Below, piece after piece: positions 24,989-37,540 of a stretch of DNA of 64,000 bases. Location of the stretch: contig OX597814.1 in NCBI GenBank assembly GCA_951406725.2, forward strand, positions 183,644,001 through 183,708,000, read 5' to 3'. Both the position numbers and the translations under genes were made by a program. The notes beneath the pieces were generated by a model that was not told where the DNA came from, did not search any database, and saw nothing but the letters and a program-made list of their open reading frames with translations. The DNA is from Octopus vulgaris. Taxonomy: Eukaryota. Every line of letters starts with the position of its first letter. The stretch's first letter is position 1.

Positions 24989-25231
24989 GTATGTGGGTGT
25001 GTATATGTTTGTGTCTCTGTGTTTGTCCCCCGCAACATCGCTTGACAACCGATGCTGGTATGTTTATGCCCCCGTAACTTAGCGGTTAGGCAATAGAAAC
25101 CGATAGAATAAGTACTAGGCTTACAAAGAATAAGTCCTGGGGTCGATTTTCCCGACTAAAGGCGGTGCTCCAGCATGGCCACAGTCACATGTCTGAAACA
25201 AGTAAAAGAGAGTGTATGTATGTGTGTGTGC

Positions 25232-25311
<80 letters not shown>

Positions 25312-25799
25312 CTATATATATATATTCGTCACATCTTACATATAAAGGTTTCCCCAAATTTTTACATAATTTTTACGTCACTAACCGTAGGTGTAGGCAT
25401 AAACTTAGAAGTAGTTTCAGGTGTGTGTATGTTTGCATGCACGTACATACACACACACACTCTCTCTCACACGCACGCGCGCACGCATATATATGTGTTT
25501 CGAAACGTGGAGTAGATGAAACAGGGACAACTGAAGAAGGGGAATATTCTTTATGTTGTATGTCTCGTTTCTCTGTTTGTTTGTTTTTTGTTGTTGTTCG
25601 AAAAAAGGTTCGTTTCTATGTTTTTGTTTTTGTCTTTTCTTTTCTCATTTTGTTCAATGGTTTTTTGATGTCCTGTACCCATATATGCATGTATATATAC
25701 ATATGTATGTATATATGTACATATATGTATGTAAATATTTATATATTATTTATATTATTATATGATCGAACGCCACGCATCTTTTTCCAAGTATATAAA

Positions 25800-25974
25800 T
25801 ATTTTTTTATTACCCACAAGGGGCTAAACACAGAGGGGACAAACACGGACAGACAAAGGGATTAAGTCGATTACATCGACCCCAGTGCGTAACTGGTACT
25901 TAATTTATCGACCCCGAAAGGATGAAAGGCAAAGTCGACCTCGGCGGAATTTGAACTCGGAACGTAACGACAGA
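25800..25974 (-). mobile_element. SINE family 2, 5'-truncated
   Basis: Perfect 17-bp TSD TTTTCCAAGTATATAAA (25783-25799 and 25975-25991), with the Nin-like domain. Confidence 0.92.
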
Positions 25975-26654
25975 TTTTCCAAGTATATAAAGATGCCTGC
26001 ATATGTGTGTGTGTGTGTGTGTGTGTGTAAGAGTGTGCATATGTGGGTGTGTGTAAGAGTGTGCATATGTGGGTGTGTGTGCTTGTGTGTGTTTGTGTGT
26101 GTGTGTGTGTGTGCGTGCGTGTGTGCTTATGTTCATACATATATGTACATCTTATGGAAAGTGGCCGTTAAATGTTGATGGTGATAATGATAGGTAGAAA
26201 TTTATAAGAAGTTAACTAAATAGCGGATATTATTAGTCTTTTCTGTTTTGATTGAAAGGGTGCAGCCTAAACTCTTACTCAAGCAACGTGGCTGCTAGCT
26301 TTGATGCGGTAATAAAGTCTGGATGAGCTGTAAGCAGAACCGCCAGACATTGCTAGTGTAAATGAGAAATCTCTGTATTAATGAAATTATACCAGGTAAT
26401 GCCCATTGGACGAGGCGTACCCTCATTAAACGGTTCCTGGCAGCTAGATGCTTCTCTGTAGTCTGAGCCAGCTAGAGTAGTTAATACGTTACCGAAGAGA
26501 GAAACTGAAAATACCGCAGCTTTCGTAAACATTATCACAAAGTAAGAATTAGTTAAATATCTGAAATTGAGTGTAATAGTGTCATTAACAAATGTAAGGT
26601 ACGTAATTGGACGTGTTCTGATGTTATATTTATGTGGTAAAATGTTTGTTAGTC

Positions 26655-26818
26655 GGTGCCGGTATGGTTGTGTGGTAAAGCAGCTTAATTCCAAATCACG
26701 TGGTTTTGGGTTCAGTTCCGCTGCGTAGTAACTTGGAGAGGTGCCTTCTACTATAGCCCAAAAGCTAACCAAAGTCTTGTGAGTGGATTTGTTAGATGGG
26801 AACTGAAAGAAGCCTGGT
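26655..26818 (+). mobile_element. SINE family 1, diverged 5' half
   Basis: A/B boxes and the CORE half are recognisable. Confidence 0.8.
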
Positions 26819-26858
26819 ATATATATATATACATACATGTGGATATATACACACACAT

Positions 26859-26922
<64 letters not shown>

Positions 26923-26943
26923 ATGTGTGTATATATCCACATG

Positions 26944-26979
<36 letters not shown>

Positions 26980-27037
26980 CATACACATATATGTATATCC
27001 ACATGTATGTATGTATATGCATATGTATGTATATATA

Positions 27038-27106
27038 GGCGCAAGTGTGACTGTGTGGTAAGAAGCTTGCTTCCTAACTACATGGTTCCGGTTTCAGTCC
27101 CACTGC
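27038..27106 (+). mobile_element. SINE family 1 head only, abutting the PLE remnant
   Basis: GGCGCAAGTGTGACTGTGTGGTAAGAAGCTTGC...TCAGTCCCACTGC. Confidence 0.8.
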
Positions 27107-27109
27107 ATC

Positions 27110-28235
27110 TTACCTTAATGTCTCTGCTGAGTATGTCATGTTCATGTCTTTACATGCACCTTCTATGCCTTTTATACTACAGATTACATTTCTGTAGTTA
27201 ATGCCAGGGTTAATCTTACATGTCATGCAGTTATCATTGGTGCATATGGTATTCTCAAAGGGGTATATTCTACATAGCTGTAATGTGATGGAGTTCCCTG
27301 GCTCATTCAACAATCTTAATGTTGAATTTGGTCTCCTTCAGAGCTTTCCTGAATCTACGGGCTAGTTCTCCATGGGCTGTGGTCTCCACAAACATCACTC
27401 TTTGATATTTATTGCTTTTATACCACGTGTTCACCCTGTTTGTTTTGTCACAAGCTCTTTGTATGCTATTCCAGTCTTTGCTTCTATATCTAGGGCAGGC
27501 ATTACTGGTTTCATTGCATACAATGTTATCTAACTTCTTTCTAGCACCCCTGTATACTCGAACCCTATTTTCTGATCATATCCAGAGAACTGCATGCGCT
27601 CTGCGGTATTTTTCTTCACTGCTGAGGGGATGGCGTGTGGTCTTCCCCTCTGTGACCTGGTGGGGAAGAATCTACTGAAGTCATGATCATCTAAATAGTC
27701 ACTGCCGTAGCTTAGTCTAAGTCCCTCCGTGTTGACTTCACGGTACTCTACTTCACTCTCACAGATTATCTCAATGCAATTCTCCTCAGCAAAATCTATG
27801 TCTATAGATAGGTAGAGTGAAATTACATCCACACTAGTCACTACACGACCTATGAGGTCGTTGGAGTGGTTGCAAGTACTGATTTTACTGAGGAGATCCT
27901 CCGTGCTCACACAGATATCTGGGGACATTTCTATGGGAGGTCGTAATACCCGTGAGAAGAAGTAGGACAGTCGGAGATATTTGCTCCAAAAACTGGTCGG
28001 TTTGGTGGCCCCATAACAGGGATTATGTAGGTTTTATGGTCTTTGCGTAACCCCAGTAGAGTGTAGGAACATCATTGTTGGATGCTTGAAAATTGTGTGC
28101 AGCCGGTTTCTTAGGCTGGATTTTTATGCTCCACATTCCCATGTGTGCATTGAGGAGTTTTCTTTATGCTGGAAATCTATATGTTTGGCTGCTTCAGAAG
28201 AGAGCAGTTTGTTTCATTTTGATGTAATGTTTCCA
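27110..28235 (-). pseudogene. Penelope-like element RT / linker / GIY-YIG start, internally deleted
   Basis: Reads LLGLRKDHK, SVDVISLYLSID (PLE RT motif), WYKSNKYQRVMFVETTAHGELARRFRKAL..IKIVE, CTNDNCMTC (C-x4-C-x2-C linker) and TYSAETLR (YxGET.R-like). Confidence 0.8.
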
Positions 28236-28238
28236 TTG

Positions 28239-28283
<45 letters not shown>

Positions 28284-28664
28284 AGTGCATGCATTCATAT
28301 ATGAGTGGGGTTAGTAAGAGTGTGTAGACGTGTATTTGTATTTATATACATATGTATCGTTCTTGTCACGCAAATAAAGTAACTGAAATTGTAAATCACA
28401 AGTTTGCCCAGGAATCTTGGCAGCACATAATTATATTTTCTCAAGTCAATGCCCCGTAACAAGACCTTCTGTATAGATGATCAGTATATTTTGTTGTGTT
28501 CTGTTTCTTTTATTTTTTAGTTCTTACTGTTTTGTATTGCGAGGAAAGACTCCACATAGGTACATAGTCACTGCAAGCCGATATATAGATCTGACAAAAA
28601 GTAATCGCAGTTCAGTAATCCTTCAACTATCGCCGATGTTACGTTCCAAAACCGCCTCGCAATA

Positions 28665-28838
28665 GGTGAAAATCTCTTCTGGCTTTACGTTCTGAGTTCA
28701 AATGAGGCCGAAGTCGACGTTGCCTTTCATACTTTCGGGATAGTTGAAATAAGAATCAATTGAGAACTTGGGTCGATGAAATGGATTAGCTACCTCCCCC
28801 AAACATTTCAAGCCATGTGCATGTTGTAGAAAGAATTA
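28665..28838 (+). mobile_element. SINE family 2, diverged
   Basis: GTTCTGAGTTCAAAT...GTCGACGTTGCCTTTCATACTTTCGGG matches family 2. Confidence 0.75.
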
Positions 28839-29465
28839 TTTAAAAAATATAAACGCCAAGTGTTGGCAGAAACAGTGTTTAGAGATAAAATTGATGATTT
28901 TAGCGACGATATTATAAAAGTTCTCCAGTTACTAATTTATTGGTGTCCGTTTCCCATTTTCTAAGTCATACACAGTGAAAGAAGAGTCAATAAGATAAAA
29001 CAATCTATGCTCGAAAAACCGCATTTCAAAAAGCTAAACAAGAGGGACACTCTTCACTTGTCTCTGTCTGTCTGGGTGTTTGTCTCTTTATGTGCAGACA
29101 ACACACACACACACATATATACAGAGAGGGAGAGAGAGATACAATTAGGCATATATTCATATATATATATATGCACATATGTATGTATATCCCCTCGGAA
29201 GCACTGTCCTTTGTTTCATCTCTCATATCGATCTCTCCCACATATTCACTCCCGCTTCAGTCATTTCCACCTGCTTGCAAAAAGGTCAGACGTCACTAAA
29301 AGCCCGTTTTTTTTATCTCGTTTTATTTATTTATTTTTTTTTTGTTTTTTTGGGGAATTCTCTATATGTAAAAACACAATTGGGTTCTATGAAAAATAAT
29401 CCTATCCGACTTCTAAAGCAAAGTTATCTACGTTTGTCCACCCTATTTCAGACAAATATCCACTG

Positions 29466-29539
<74 letters not shown>

Positions 29540-29749
29540 GTATAGATTCATTGCTCACACCTGCATATGTATATATACATACGAACAAACGCCCTATACA
29601 TATACCAAATACTATGTTTTTGTGTGTGTGTATATACATGCATACATACATTCGCAATAACACACAAACACTGACACCAACACGCGCGGGCTCATATAGT
29701 TATGTGTGTATATATATATTATACGTATATATACATATATATGTGTGTA

Positions 29750-29795
<46 letters not shown>

Positions 29796-30305
29796 AATAT
29801 GTACATATATATATATATGTGTGTGTGTATACATGTATGGAGATCGGTGTACGTCAATGTGCGTATGTTGTATATTCCTCTATCTTTGTTCTTATTCATG
29901 GGAGTGGTGTTAACTCCCTGGGAATCTGAATTGTCGGAGAGATGGCGGCCATAAAATAAAAACAGACGATCGACTGAAAGGACGACAGCCGACACATCAC
30001 AGTCGAACATTCGAGGCGTATGTCATTTTATACCCACTTTCCTGCTGCTAGACGCATTATATTATTTATTTATTTCTCAACACATTTGCTCTGTTCTTTT
30101 TGTTATAATCTGATAAATATTGACTGACTGCTTTAGTTTCTTTTGTGTGTGTGTGTTCCCTTTAACAGAATAATAGTTTGACACGTAGTGTTTGCTTTGT
30201 AGGAACATTCACCCACTTTTACATGGACAGACACTAACTCAAGCACATGGACATGTACACAAAAGAACCTGAACATCAGCATCAGTGTACATACATACAT
30301 ACATA

Positions 30306-30587
30306 TCTATTATATAAAATCCGTTCTGTTTGTCTGTGTGTGTGTGTCTTCTAGGATCTCGGGCATCCTTCATCCGATTGTGCTCAAATTTGATATGTAG
30401 ATACCGACGGAATCAGGGAGTATATAAGTCTTGAAAATATTACAAAAATCGACTCCAGGTGAGAATGCGATCGATAAAGCCGCGGCAATGTGCATTTGTG
30501 CGCGCAAGTACATCAGCACCGTCCATTGCACGGGGGGCGTTTTACTCGTCTATATATATATATACACACACATGCATACACACACAT

Positions 30588-30658
<71 letters not shown>

Positions 30659-31461
30659 TATGTATATATATTTCGCTCATGCGCATAGTTTGCTTTTGAT
30701 TTTGTCGACAGCAGAGTAGAGTAGGGTCAGTTGGGCTCCGTTTGACAAAAACAGCACCATGACGCAAGTCACTCTGCCAGAAATTTGGAAATGACATGCT
30801 GTACCGCTTGACATTCGCGCAGGAAGATCCAGTTCGAATATTTCTGTGTTTGAGTGTCAATCTGAGGACAGTGCAATCTGAGAACATGTACTGAGTGAAA
30901 TAAAAATCAAACATCCAGTCAGCATCATGGTGCTTGGGGTGATCACTAGTGATGGCGATGTTATGATTCCATTCATCTTCCCACACGGCCTCAGATTCAA
31001 CACGGAGGCCTACAACAAGTGTCTGGAGGAGGTTGTGCTGCCCTGGGTGAAGAGGATGGCTGCTCAAAGTCCCTATGCCTGACATGAGGAATCTGCACCA
31101 TGCCATACAAGCAGAAGCAACCAGTCATGGCTGTCAGACAATTTCTGCAGCCACATCAACCTCTAAAATCTAGCCACCTAACTCCCCAGATTGTAACACC
31201 CTTCATAATCATTTGTGGAGCACAGTTGAGCGAGAGACCAACTAAACTCCTTGCAACTCCAAAGATGAACGAAGGTAAGCATTATGGCAATATTCATCAA
31301 CTTAAAGACGAAATATCGCTAACCATAAAGACAGACCAAATATCGCTAAATTTACCATCATTTTTTTTCTCATTTTTTTGCTATTTTTTTGCTATAACTC
31401 TCTAAAAATGCTTTATGGTTATTTCCCTTACAAACCCGAGCAACGCCGGGCGATACTGCTA

Positions 31462-31462
<1 letters not shown>
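30306..31462 (+). mobile_element. Non-autonomous Helitron containing a transposase fragment
   Basis: A|TC 5' end, subterminal hairpin CCCGAGCAACGCCGGG, CTAG|T 3' end, no TSD. Confidence 0.75.
30672..31305 (+). pseudogene. maT/DD37D-type transposase remnant
   Basis: Reads KHPVSIMVLGVITSDGDVMIPFIFPHGLRFNTEAY..CLEEVVLPWV and ESAPCHTS...PPNSPDCNTL. The second and third catalytic positions are 37 residues apart after correcting one frameshift. Confidence 0.8.
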
Positions 31463-31498
<36 letters not shown>

Positions 31499-31535
31499 CT
31501 AGCAAATTTCCTGTGCATTTCCTTTCTTTTTCCCT

Positions 31536-31566
<31 letters not shown>

Positions 31567-32306
31567 CTTATATATATATATATATTTCTGGCCTTTGAAT
31601 AGTTGTTTAGTGTAGACTAGATAAATTTTGCGTGATATTAGGAATTCTGCATGAGAAAATACATTGCAGTCGAGATGTATCAAGTCACAACACAAGCTGT
31701 TTATAACTTGAAGAACACAATGAGAGGATAGCTCTTGTGTTAAACGAGTTATTTAGAGAAAAGCTGGGGCAATAGAATCTCTTTACTTTTTGTTCATTTC
31801 GTAATAATATTCTCGATCTGTAGACCCCAAACATTCGTTCTTATCAAAGCCACTCCTACTCTACTGTCACTACCACTACCCTTATAACAGTATTACTACC
31901 GTTACAGTCTCCATTTTCTAATTACCTATAGAAAATGACAACTGGATGCAGTTTCTGTCAAGATGAGAGTCTAATATTGCCATCGATTTTGAATAATTCA
32001 ATTTTTACTTGCTGCTATTTCATTCCCAGGAAGATCTTTGTTATATACAACCTTATATACGAATGAAATGTAGCAAAGCATTTTGGAAATCAGTCTATAT
32101 TTTCCCAGGATGTTTATAATTCACAGAAATAAATTGCAAAAAATACTTGCTTTAAGAAAGAAACAAAGTGAAAGTCGTGCAAGCTGAAGTCAAAAGAAGG
32201 AAAAATTATGAAATTATTTACTGTACAAAATCTATATACTTCATTTTATATTTGTACAATTATATATACACGCATACACGAAATTCAAAATATAAGTCCC
32301 CCCCCC

Positions 32307-32368
<62 letters not shown>

Positions 32369-32373
<5 letters not shown>

Positions 32374-32580
32374 TAATCCAAACATGAAAACACAAAGGGA
32401 AAACACAACAACGCGAGGACGTGGAACAAGTATAGTGTTATTGGACGCTCAGGAAAGGTAAGAAAGGAGGAGGATTTAACGTTTCGAGCGGGGCTCTTCG
32501 TCAGAAACATAGAAAAAGGAAAGGTCCAAGGAAGGGAAGGTGGAGAAAGAAATTCGCCAACTATACACACGCAGTCACAT
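32369..32580 (-). mobile_element. Penelope-type pseudo-LTR fragment
   Basis: Carries a classic PLE minimal hammerhead, and its 3' end abuts (TA)n. Confidence 0.75.
32475..32508 (-). ncRNA. Minimal type I hammerhead motif with palindromic stem III
   Basis: Minus strand GTTT-CTGACGA-A-GAGC-CCC-GCTC-GAAA-CGTT-AAAT. The AACGTT palindrome is as in dimer-acting PLE hammerheads. Confidence 0.75.
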
Positions 32581-32757
32581 ATTGAATGTATATAATTACA
32601 AATGTGTTTCCCCAGGGCCCAAAAAATAGTTAACTATTATATGCTTCTGTATGGAGCAAAAATACTAGGTTGATTATTTATGCAGGTTTAACTTTCTATA
32701 TGTCATTGGGAAGCAGGGTAGATAATGGATAAAAGATATAAATTGTGCCATTGAATA

Positions 32758-33263
32758 TCTATATATATAAAACTCTAGTTGTGTGAGTGTCTGTCCCCTT
32801 CGATTTAGATTCCTAACTCCTCCCACATTTTGCGGTGCAGTTTAACCAAATTCGGGTATCTTATAGTCGTGATTCATATCGAGCCCGTCTGACTATTAGC
32901 GCGCGTCAACTATGAGTCTACGATTTTAAAAATAATTTAACATCATTTTTTATTCCATTTTAATGCATAAAATGCATCGTATGTCGATGGCGGCGGAGTT
33001 GGCGTCCACGCTCACAGCTGCACCTGTTTGCTTCTCCCCCTTCCCTCCCTCGTGAAGCTGTGGGGAAGGGAGTGTAAAGAAATCAACGTCGTAATGCGTT
33101 GTGAAGGAAACCAGCGTTCTTTTAGAACAACGACTTCATGGTTTGAAGACACCAAAACAAAAATGGCTAAGAAAGCCCGAATTTATAAGGGAAGTAACTC
33201 TCTAAAAATGCTTATATAGTTATTTCCCTTACAAACCCGAGCAACGCCGGGCGATAGTGCTAG
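32758..33263 (+). mobile_element. Non-autonomous Helitron
   Basis: A|TC...CCCGAGCAACGCCGGG...CTAG|T. About 65 bp at the 3' end are shared with the 30306 element. Confidence 0.85.
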
Positions 33264-35803
33264 TGTTTATATAAATCAGAAATGAGTCTCGCAAACTTTT
33301 ACTAAATTTAACTTTTATCAAGTCCAATATAGCTTCGTTTAAACTTACCATTTTTTGTGGTATTTATATTACGTTTCACAAATAATAATTAAAATATCTG
33401 TTTGAAATTTTGGAAAATTTAATTTTGACATATTCAGATGGAGGAAGGGTTAAATATAATTTAGAACCTCAACTGAATATTGAAAGAATTGTTAATCTTT
33501 ATAGCTTAGCAAAGTTTTTAGAGCAGAAAACTCATAATAATTACCCTTTAGAGTGGTGATGTTATTGTCACAATTGCTGCCAAAATGGTGTCAGAGTTAA
33601 TATAATCATATGCAGCATAATCGATAGTAAAGTGAGCTGGAACAGAAAGTGATTAAACCTCATTAGACATGCCAATCTGGTATAATCAACCAGACAACAA
33701 TTTCCTGTATTCAGTTATAGAATAAAGTCTTAATTTAAAATATTGCCGATCAGTGATTTTTGTTCATATAAAAGTAAATCCAACATAATTTTAAAATCAA
33801 CATTCATGTAATAAAATATCCGATAATGAAGACATCTTAATTATTTTCAATCTTGGAATCCATAAATATTTTGATGTTAGATTTACTCTTAAGCGTCTCG
33901 CTTTCTAATATCTTACCAATTTATTTTAACGCGTATATCACGGTTTTCATGGTGCTTTACGTAGGTGCATAATCATTTCAAACTGCAACAGGCACACTGC
34001 TTTTCATGCAATGGAATGAGAAAGTTGCTTCAGAAGGCACTTAAAATTTGTCATTGTATATTAATTCAAAGTAAATGCATGTTCGATGTTTAACGATGAA
34101 AAATTTCAAATTTGTCCGATTTTCCCTATAATTTGAACGAGAATCAGAAATAAAATGGAGTAATTAATAGTAAGCACAGATTTAAAACGAAAATTATAAC
34201 CTCTCAACTTCTATTTCTCGGAATTCAACTCTCTTTCAAAGACATGTAACAATACTAAATCTATAATTATTGCTATGAAGTGATTTGTGATGGAAACCAT
34301 TATTAACAGAGCAAAATCATTATCTTCTGGTCATCGATAAAGTAATTATTCTCGTTCTCTCCACGTCCAAAGAATCGCGTTTTTAGCTTTGCATAAACTT
34401 TACTACGCTCTACCGCCTCAAGCAAGTAATGTAATAGCAATTTAAAACTTTCGGTTCTGATCTAATTTAGACGTTGAATATAAAAGTAGCAAACATGCCA
34501 ATACCCGTATTCGTATTTACATACCTTAATTACAACATTTCTACTCTTACACTTTTAACTGCACTATCAAACGTACTCTAATCCTTCGGCATGAAATTAC
34601 TTCTGCCTGATTGAGTAACTGCCGAAAAGGTGTCTCCTCACATGATTACTCTTTCCAAACTATTTAATCTGAAGTCTTTTGGGAAACCGCACGCCTCCGG
34701 GCACTTAATGACGTCATGGGATTTGATGAAAATTATTCAATTGTATTCACAACAAATATAATGAGATACAGTAGAGTCACCAAGTTATTTTTAGTTGTTG
34801 AGCTACAATAACAGAGCGTATCAAGAACAGAGAATCAATTGAGTACATTACAACAGAGGCTAATTCATGGCGTTCTTCCTTTCTTAATTAGTTTTGCTTA
34901 TACAATGATCAAACAGCATTTCCATCTTCTTTCCTTCCACACTTCTACCTAACGATTTACGCTTCTTAAAGATATTTGAATCAGCATGAATTCAATCTAA
35001 TTGAGAGAATAGAAACTTTAGTTCTCTTTGCATTAGCTGGCAACATCGAGAGTAATTGTTTAAATCTTCTCATTTGTCATTTGGTTCACATATAGGAATT
35101 CTGGCTTTTATCTGAGGAAGAAAATGCCTTAATTACTGACCCAATATAACTGACTGCGAGACTTGTCACTTTAAATTTATGACTCGTGGAGTAGAAGTCA
35201 AATCGTGAGTGGCGCATACAATATCAAATGTATTTAATTCAGCGGCGTAATTTCTTAACAATGTACGCGTATGTAAATTATATTGGATGCCAATGTCTTG
35301 ACTGAACTAGCTGCTTATAAGATGATACGCTGTCGATACATTCTGCTACATCGTAAAGAAATCGTTGACGCACGTTTTCACCATCACGATTCTTTCATGA
35401 CAAAATAGATGAATTCTCAACTATTATTCTTATCAAGAATTTGCATTCGTGCTGTATCGTTCCATAATGACGATTAACTTTCCAGAATGGAAGAAGCAAA
35501 AAGATAATTTGCCGTCAAAAAAGCTTATTTTTGTTCTTTAATTCTTTAGTTTGTCATAAAAATCACTCCAGGGCCATCTAGGCGCACTGCCTTTGTATGT
35601 TTGAGTTTTAATCATTTATTTGTTTTCTTATGCAGGCGACTATATAATTGATTCAGAACAAGAAATACTGCTAGTTTCAGTTTCACGCAAGAAGATTGAA
35701 AACCTTATAAGAAAACAACCTCATTCTGTTTCCTCATTTTGTCTCCAACATTCATGTCAGTGTATAGGGTGAGTACACAGGCCAAACAAAGAAGCATCTA
35801 CAT

Positions 35804-36150
35804 CAGTTGTTCTTAACAAGGGTCCATATCGCCCCTGAGGGCACATATAAAATTTTAGGGGGTCCACGCAATAAATTAATAAATTGGGCATCCGCAATAG
35901 TATTTTAAGGGTCCCTGAAAAATTTTTGCTTTAGATGTATGTATTGGCATGTATAGCAAGAAACAACCAGTCTTTTCCTCAAAAATTTTACATTGTTAAA
36001 CCTTCACAAATTAATGTGTGAAAAAAGAAATATAATTTTAAAAGAAGTTTTTATAAAACTAGCTTTTGACATCGAATAGCTATGAGGTCTCCCAGAATAA
36101 AAGAGTAACCAAAGGAGCCATAAAGGAAAAAAAATGGTTGAGAATCCCTG
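35804..36150. mobile_element. hAT (Charlie-like) MITE
   Basis: TIRs CAGTTGTTCTTAAC / GTTGAGAATCCCTG, with 8-bp TSD ATCTACAT / CTCGACAT (6 of 8 match). Confidence 0.75.
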
Positions 36151-37339
36151 CTCGACATAGTTGTTAGGTCTGCTAGAGATAGCAATAAAGTCTTGGATCG
36201 GGTAAGTGAGCTGAAACTAAAAAGTTAATATGAATGGTGTATGAAATAAGAATCGTTCATTAGTATCGTATTCAGATCCCATCAAAAGGACTTACAATGT
36301 TTGATCGCCATATAAACAATTACATTTCAATGTTATAGCATTGTTTTCACATGGAATGAAGGGTAGACTATTTTAAAAAAAAGATCAAGCTGTAATAAAG
36401 GATAATGAACTACATAAGCACAAAACCACAGAATTAAGCAGAATGGTGTAATGTATAAATCGATACCAGTACTCAACTTGTACTAATCTTTTTGTCTCAT
36501 GGGTGATAAAAGTCTGGTAGCGCCATTATTTTGAAATATATATTAGGGACTAGACGCAGTATTAATACAGAGAGGTATTATTTATTCTCGCTTAAACATG
36601 GATGTTCAATTAAAACAAACTTTACTGCAATATTTAACATGGCAAAAAACACGCTTGTTTGTATATTTCACCAGCGGGGAGATAACTTCCTAACAACTAG
36701 CATGCTTTCGCCACCAAAGGCCTATATAAGAGTTTCTATGGTAAATACCGCACTAAAGTTTGTTATAACAGAACATTCACGTGTAAGTGGGAATAAATAT
36801 TACCTCTCGTTATCAATTATGCCTGTGTCACTAATATATATTTTGTAACATGCTAACTGGTTAATCGCGATACCAGTGCCTATTCTGGTACTGATTCTCT
36901 ATATATCGCTAGCGGTGCCATGAGTCATTGCCATCTTTAGTGGTCGAGCATCAATCATCAATGAGATCAAAGGACGTTGAAATCACGTGAACCGGCGGTC
37001 TCGCTGCCGGAGTTGGTGGGGTGTTTTCTCCCCGTTGGCGATTTAAAAACAAGCAAGTGTGCGTTCTGCATCAAAACCCTATATGAGAGTTTCGATGATG
37101 GGAAATACTGGACTAAGATTTCTTGTAACAGAATATCCACGCTAAAGTGGGAATATCCACGTTAAAGTGGGAAGAAATATAGTTTTGAAATAGCTTCGTC
37201 TTGAATTAGAGAAAGAAATAGAGCTATGGCATAGAAATTAATATTATGCACTTTTGGTTGTAAAAAGTATTCTTACGATATTTAGTTCTTTTTGTAAAGA
37301 ATTGTTTCATAATTTAATTAATTACTTATAAAATAATAA

Positions 37340-37540
37340 TAAACTTCTCTATTATAGGAACAAGGCCTGAAAATTTGGGGAGGAGGTGGTTAATTACATC
37401 GACCCCAGTACTTATTTTATCGACCCTGAAAGGATGAAAGACAAAGTCTATTTCGGCGGAATTTGAACTAAAAAACACCAAGACGGACAATATGACGCCA
37501 AGCATTTTGTCCGGCGTGCTAACGATTCTGTCCGCTCCTC
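37340..37540 (-). mobile_element. SINE family 2
   Basis: Nin-like domain plus the CAAATTTTCAGGCCTTG tail variant. Confidence 0.85.

Larger units (their letters stand above)
24566..25212 (+). mobile_element. SINE family 1, full length, interrupted in its internal microsatellite
   Basis: Head 24566-24729 and tail about 24995-25212, with a PLE-like insert between them. Confidence 0.9.

Noticed and set aside
25495-25550. GAAA upstream of CTGAAGA suggesting a type II hammerhead
   Set aside because: Stems I and III do not pair convincingly. More likely remnants within a PLE-like fragment.
27303-27305. In-frame TGA in PLE remnants (also 6006-6008) as selenocysteine, known in some Naiads
   Set aside because: Both fall where Arg is expected (CGA to TGA decay), not at Cys positions. 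The copies are otherwise degraded and no SECIS is seen.
37131-37173. 20-bp tandem duplication
   Set aside because: Two copies only, an ordinary slippage event.
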